In this document: positions 6,800 through 11,026 of the stretch, in pieces
Position numbering within the stretch: position 1 is the stretch's first letter
Layout of the letters: every line of letters begins with the position of its first letter
Source: Trueperaceae bacterium
GTDB lineage: Bacteria > Deinococcota > Deinococci > Deinococcales > Trueperaceae
Length of the DNA stretch: 11,026 bases
Reading direction: 5' to 3'
Assembly: GCA_040905465.1 (NCBI GenBank)
Contig: JBBDRK010000053.1
Span: forward strand, 1-11,026
Position numbers and translations under genes: made by a program
The notes under the pieces: model-generated
What the model saw: the letters and a program-made list of their open reading frames with translations, nothing else
Databases searched by the model: none
Told to the model about the DNA's origin: nothing

Positions 6800-8374
6800 A
6801 TGGTCGCCTCGGCCTCACACCGCTTCCCGGGTCACTGTCCTTCGACTACCGGACGCGCCCTCGCACGTCTCTGCGGCCCTGTGCTGCCGCTTCTCCTCGC
6901 CGTCGGCTGCGCCGGGCTGCCTCCGGATGATGGGCCTCCGGCGGTGACCTCGCTCTCCCCGGCTCCCGGCGACGGCACCGTCTCCGTGCACGCTCCAATC
7001 GAAGCCACCTTCTCGGAAGCCATCGCGGCGGGCACGATCAATGACTCGAGCATAGTCGTGTCCGGCTCGGGAAGCCTCCTGCTCCCCAAGACGCTGCAGC
7101 TCTCGGGCGACGGGACCCGTCTGGCCATCGTGCTCGACTCGACCCCGGTCGCGCCGGACACGATAACCGTGACGCTGAGCGACTCCATCACCGACTTGGC
7201 CGGCAATCCGCTGACCCTTCCGGCGGACGACTGGATCTTCGCGCTGCCGATCTGGGTCCCGGTCGGCGGAGCGCTCTCGGCGAACGATGGCGCCACTGAC
7301 ACTGACAACCCCGCGCTGGCAGTTGACGGATCCGGGAATCCGGTAGTGGCCTGGCAGGAGCGCGCGGACGAGCCACCGTGGGACATCCACGTTCGCCGTT
7401 GGGAGGAGGGTTCGTGGCGCCCGGTCGGCAGCGAACCGCTGTCCGCCAACGACGGCACCACTGATGCCAGGGGTCCCTCGCTGGTGCTCGACTCATCCGG
7501 CGACCCGGTGGTCGCCTGGCACGAGCAGGCCGAGACGAGCTACTACAACGTATACGTGCACCGCTGGACCGGCAGCGGCTGGTCTGCCGTGGGAGATGCC
7601 CTGTCCGTGAACGCGGGCGCGACGGACGCCTCGAACGCCTCGCTGGCACTGGACGGGTCCGACAACCCGGTGGTGGCGTGGCTCGAGCACGACGGCGCGA
7701 CCCGCAACGTCTACGTGCGGCGATGGGACGGCGACTCCTGGGCTCCTGTCGGTACCGGGCTCCTGTCACGGAATCCCGACGCCACGTCTGCCGGGAGCCC
7801 TTCTCTGGCTCTGGACGGATCCGGATACCCGGTCGTGGCCTGGCACGAGCAAGACGGAACGACTACCAATGTCTACGTAGAGCGCTGGAACGGCAGTGAC
7901 TGGAGCACTGTGGGAGGCACCCTCTCCGCTACGGGCGGCAGCACGAACGCCGTCTTCCCGTCGCTGGCGCTGGACTCGTCGGGCCTGCCGACCGTGGCGT
8001 GGCACGAGCAAAAGGCCGGTGGAACCACGATCAACATCTTCGTTTGGCGATGGGACGGGAGCGCCTGGCAGCCGCTGGGGAACGGCCTGACCGCCAACGG
8101 CGCCCACGCGCTCGACCCATCGCTGGTCATCGACGGCTCCGGCCGGCCGTCCGTGTCATGGACCGAGTCGAACGGTACCAATCGCGACGTCCACGTCGGC
8201 CAGTGGGATGGAGGCGAGTGGACTCTCATGGGAGGCTCCCTGTCGGCGATCGAGGGGGACACGGACGCCGACGCGCAGTCACTGTCCGTAGCCCAGCCGG
8301 GCATCCGGACAGTGGCCTGGGGCGAGTACGACGGAATCGCCCGCAGCATTCACGTGCGGCGCGAAAACAGGTGA
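6800..8374 (+). CDS. Lipoprotein with SbsA/Big_5-like Ig domain and predicted seven-bladed beta-propeller, 524 aa
   Basis: Strong RBS and lipobox LAVG-C. The Ig-like segment reads PPAVTSLSPAPG..ATFSE.I..ITDLAGN. Seven repeats of about 54 aa follow, consensus PSLALD.SG.PVVAW.E...NVYV.RW.G..W..VG..LS. Confidence 0.88.
   Translation: MVASASHRFPGHCPSTTGRALARLCGPVLPLLLAVGCAGLPPDDGPPAVTSLSPAPGDGTVSVHAPIEATFSEAIAAGTINDSSIVVSGSGSLLLPKTLQLSGDGTRLAIVLDSTPVAPDTITVTLSDSITDLAGNPLTLPADDWIFALPIWVPVGGALSANDGATDTDNPALAVDGSGNPVVAWQERADEPPWDIHVRRWEEGSWRPVGSEPLSANDGTTDARGPSLVLDSSGDPVVAWHEQAETSYYNVYVHRWTGSGWSAVGDALSVNAGATDASNASLALDGSDNPVVAWLEHDGATRNVYVRRWDGDSWAPVGTGLLSRNPDATSAGSPSLALDGSGYPVVAWHEQDGTTTNVYVERWNGSDWSTVGGTLSATGGSTNAVFPSLALDSSGLPTVAWHEQKAGGTTINIFVWRWDGSAWQPLGNGLTANGAHALDPSLVIDGSGRPSVSWTESNGTNRDVHVGQWDGGEWTLMGGSLSAIEGDTDADAQSLSVAQPGIRTVAWGEYDGIARSIHVRRENR
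7253..8371 (+). repeat. Intragenic ~54-codon tandem repeats (7 copies, beta-propeller blades)
   Basis: Seven VAW.E-type units (VAWQE, VAWHE, VAWLE, VAWHE, VAWHE, VSWTE, VAWGE) with DNA-level similarity, e.g. GC(C/G)TGGCACGAGCA in three copies. Confidence 0.9.
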
Positions 8375-8409
8375 GCAGTGCACAGCGGCAGCCAGTCGAA
8401 GCGCCGCTC

Positions 8410-9300
8410 TCACGGCACCCGCTGCGCGTCGATCGAGGCCTGCGTCCGGGCCAGCGAGTCCTTGGAGTTGTCGTTGCGCCACATGGTAAGCGCCACGTAG
8501 AGCGCGTCGACCACAGCCAGATGAGCGGTGCGCGCCGCCATCGCTTCGACGCGAGAAGTGGTTTCCCGGACCGCGGTTACCAGTCCGATGTCCGCCAACC
8601 TCAGTAGTGGCGAGCGAAGGAACGAGGTGAGGGCGATCACCGTCGCGCCCGCCTCCTTCGCCTTCTGGGCCGCCGTGAGCACTTCGACGGTACGTCCGGT
8701 GTGGGACACGATCAAGGCAACATCGCCGGGCCGCAGCAGCGCCGCCGCAACCGACTGCATGTGCGAGTCGGGCGGCGTGGCGACCTGCAGCCCGATGCGC
8801 AGGAAGCGGTAATAGGCGTCGACGACGACAGGAGTGCTCGAACCCATTCCGTAGACGTCGATGCGCCCGGCTCCAGCCAATACGTTCACGGCCGCGTCGA
8901 GCTCGCTCTCTTCGATGAGTTCGAGCGTCTCCCTGAGCGCCTGGATCTCCGACAGCACGACTTTGCGCATCAACTCGGAGGGCCTGTCGCCGGCCCTCAT
9001 CTCGATCTCCAACTCGGGCGGGGAGGCGCCACCCTGCTCATACGCCAGCGCTATCTTGAACTCTCGGAAGCCGGAGTAGCCGAGCGACTGGCACAACCGC
9101 ATCACCGTCGCGGTGCTCACACCGGCGCGTTCGGCAAGCGCCTCGACAGACAACCCCACGACTTCGTCGCTGTCGTCGAGGATCAGCCTGGCGACGGCGC
9201 TCTCCGACTTGGTGAGGCTGCTTTCGAGTCCGCGAATGCGGGCCAGAACCGCGCCTGCCGACTGCCGTCGGGTCAATCGTTCCGATCTCAAGCGCACCAT
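8410..9300 (-). CDS. MurR/RpiR-family transcriptional regulator (HTH + SIS domain), 296 aa
   Basis: N-terminal HTH: LTKSESAVA..LAERAGVSTATVMRLCQSLGYSGFREFK. SIS domain: IDVYGMGSS, LIVSHTGRT, AKEAGATVIALT..SPL. Confidence 0.95.
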   Translation of the reverse strand: MVRLRSERLTRRQSAGAVLARIRGLESSLTKSESAVARLILDDSDEVVGLSVEALAERAGVSTATVMRLCQSLGYSGFREFKIALAYEQGGASPPELEIEMRAGDRPSELMRKVVLSEIQALRETLELIEESELDAAVNVLAGAGRIDVYGMGSSTPVVVDAYYRFLRIGLQVATPPDSHMQSVAAALLRPGDVALIVSHTGRTVEVLTAAQKAKEAGATVIALTSFLRSPLLRLADIGLVTAVRETTSRVEAMAARTAHLAVVDALYVALTMWRNDNSKDSLARTQASIDAQRVP

Positions 9301-9366
9301 CCTTCGGGGACGAGAATATCCGTTACGACCATAGAGGCTGCTCGAGCGCGGCTACCGATGAACGCT

Positions 9367-10920
9367 TCAGCGGGCCGCGGCCGTGCTCGCCGCCAACAAC
9401 TCCTCAACCCGCGGCCGGGCGGTCCGCGCCGCCTCCTCGTTGAGGAAGGAGAGCCGGGTCCGGCGAGCCAGCACATCATCGGCAGTACAGGCGAGCTCCT
9501 CGCGGGCGGCATAAATCACCTCCGCCTCGATGTGCGGATATCCCTCCGCCAGCCGTTCGCCGTAACCGTCCGCCGCGATCAGCGCGACCTCGCCCGAACG
9601 GCTGCCGTAGGCGCGGTTGAGGTGTGCGGCAACGTCCGGCGCGAGCCCCATGCGCTCGAGCTCCAGATGGCCCTGTGCCGAATAACCGGAGGCGCCGCGA
9701 AGCTGTATCGAATCCGTCTGTGAGGTACGCCGCGGATCCAGCCCAGCGGCCGTGACAGCCCGGTCGACCGCGTCGAGAGCCATCTTGCGGTAGGTGGTCC
9801 ATTTGCCTCCGGTAATGGTGACGAGTCCCGACTCGCTTACGTCGATCAGGTGATCGCGGGTGAGACTGGCGGTTCCCGACTTGCGGGCGTCGGAAACCAG
9901 CGGGCGCAACCCCGACCACGCTGCCAGCACGTCCTCGCGGGCTACCGGCAGGTCGAAGTAGCGGCGCAGGTGCCGCAGGATGTATTCGATCTCGTCTTCG
10001 CTCGCCTGGGGATCGGCGCTGAGCGGTGCCGGATTGTCGGTGGTGCCGACCAGCGTATGGCCGAGCCAGGGAAGCAGGAAGAGCACTCGGCCGTCCTCGG
10101 TGCGGGGAATGAGCAGGCCCGTCTCGGGTGGCGAGAACCCCTTGTCGAGGACCACGTGAACACCCGAGCTGGTGCTGAGCAGGTTCGGCAGCGAGGCGTC
10201 GTCCATGCGGCGGACCGTGTCTGCGAATGGGCCGGTAGCGTTCACCACCACCCTGGCGGAAACCTCCCAGCGGTCGCCGGCCAGCCGGTCTTCGACCAAT
10301 GCGCCGCGCAGGCGCCCACCCTTCTTGTCAAGACCGGTCACGGCCACGTGGTTGGCAACCGCCGCGCCGCGGTCCGCGGCGGTGAGCGCCAACGACACGT
10401 TCATCCGCGCATCGTCGAACTGCCCGTCGTAGTAGAGCACCCCACCCTTGAGGCCGTCCTGACGGAGCATCGGGAAGCGGCCGACCGCCTCGCCCCGGCC
10501 CAGGAAGCGGCTGGGAGCCAGGTTCGCCTTGCCGGCCAGCAGGTCGTAGATCTTCAGCCCCGCATAGTAGTAAGGGATCTCGAACAAGCCGTACAACGGA
10601 GTGAGAAGGGGCAGGGGACGCGCCAGGTGCGGCGCGATGCGCAGCAGCACCGCCCGTTCCCGCAGCGCGTCACGCACCAGCGCCAACTGGCCCCGGTCGA
10701 ACTCCTTCACCGCCTTTTCCAGGTAGCGCACTCCGCCATGGATGAGCTTGGTGCTGCGGCTGCTGGTACCGGCGGCGAAGTCGTCGGACTCCACCAGCGC
10801 GACGCTCAGGCCGCGGCTGACCCCGTCGAGCGCCACTCCCGCGCCGGTAGCTCCGCCTCCCACCACCAGCAGGTCGAAGCTCTCGCGCTTCAGCCGTTCG
10901 AGGTTGCCAGAACGGTTCAC
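9367..10920 (-). CDS. glpD: FAD-dependent glycerol-3-phosphate dehydrogenase/oxidase (GlpD family), 517 aa
   Basis: FAD-binding VVGGGATGAG, GTSSRSTKLIHGGVRYL, YYDGQFDDAR, VVNATGPFAD, WSGLRPL, ITGGKWTTYRKMA and DVLARRTRL. GTG start with GAGGGGGG upstream. Confidence 0.93.
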   Translation of the reverse strand: MNRSGNLERLKRESFDLLVVGGGATGAGVALDGVSRGLSVALVESDDFAAGTSSRSTKLIHGGVRYLEKAVKEFDRGQLALVRDALRERAVLLRIAPHLARPLPLLTPLYGLFEIPYYYAGLKIYDLLAGKANLAPSRFLGRGEAVGRFPMLRQDGLKGGVLYYDGQFDDARMNVSLALTAADRGAAVANHVAVTGLDKKGGRLRGALVEDRLAGDRWEVSARVVVNATGPFADTVRRMDDASLPNLLSTSSGVHVVLDKGFSPPETGLLIPRTEDGRVLFLLPWLGHTLVGTTDNPAPLSADPQASEDEIEYILRHLRRYFDLPVAREDVLAAWSGLRPLVSDARKSGTASLTRDHLIDVSESGLVTITGGKWTTYRKMALDAVDRAVTAAGLDPRRTSQTDSIQLRGASGYSAQGHLELERMGLAPDVAAHLNRAYGSRSGEVALIAADGYGERLAEGYPHIEAEVIYAAREELACTADDVLARRTRLSFLNEEAARTARPRVEELLAASTAAAR

Positions 10921-11026
10921 GCTGCCCCCCTCGTGTCCTGTTCGCTGCTGTCGCTGCTGTCGACGTTGGCGCCGCCGTCGCCGCTGGCGCCACTTTCACC
11001 GCTGGCGCCGCTGTCGCTTCTGTCGC
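10917..11026 (-). CDS. 3' end of an upstream gene (S/G/D-rich low-complexity tail); identity not visible
   Basis: Open frame from the window edge reads DRSDSGASGESGASGDGGANVDSSDSSEQDTRGAA*. Its TGA (10919-10917) overlaps the glpD GTG as GTGA, the usual translational-coupling arrangement. Confidence 0.6.
   Translation of the reverse strand, partial: DRSDSGASGESGASGDGGANVDSSDSSEQDTRGAA
10942..11026. repeat. Degenerate 9/18-bp tandem repeats
   Basis: TCGCTGCTG x2 (10942-10959), CCGCTGGCGCC at 10981 and 10999 (18-bp period), and CTGTCGC recurring to the window edge. Confidence 0.65.

Noticed and set aside
7253-8371. Periodic DNA repeats as a CRISPR array or mobile element
   Set aside because: They are degenerate in-frame protein repeats; there are no identical repeats with spacers and no cas or transposase genes.
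8384-8408. Hairpin AGCGGC/GCCGCT between convergent genes
   Set aside because: Only 6 bp with a 13-nt loop and no U-tract; too weak to call a terminator.
9356-9364. Single CGTTCATCG (AfsR-like 9-mer) on the minus strand upstream of rpiR
   Set aside because: No partner repeat in 11-bp phase, no GTTGAG core, and no -10 at 8 nt; probably chance.
8701-9723. 340-aa plus-strand ORF
   Set aside because: Antisense to rpiR and glpD, which are both strongly supported.

Overview
GC-rich bacterial DNA; the gene content is compatible with Deinococcota or Chloroflexota, but taxonomy cannot be fixed from this window. The centre holds a 935-aa MalT-like STAND regulator with TPRs and a C-terminal SARP-type output (OmpR-like wHTH + BTAD), 3800..6607 (+). 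To its left is a divergent envelope-protein operon: RDD protein, 170-aa hypothetical, secreted two-domain beta-sandwich protein, BepA-like M48/TPR lipoprotein, and a truncated Ig-like lipoprotein that the ORF track missed. To its right is a lipoprotein with an Ig-like domain and a seven-repeat beta-propeller. The main observation is that both flanking units have 9-bp direct repeats with a shared GTTGAG core in 11-bp phase, ending exactly 8 nt before a -10-like hexamer. This is the AfsR/SARP promoter geometry and suggests a self-contained STAND-SARP regulon for surface proteins. The right end carries a convergent RpiR regulator, a GlpD-type dehydrogenase and the low-complexity C-terminal tail of an upstream gene.
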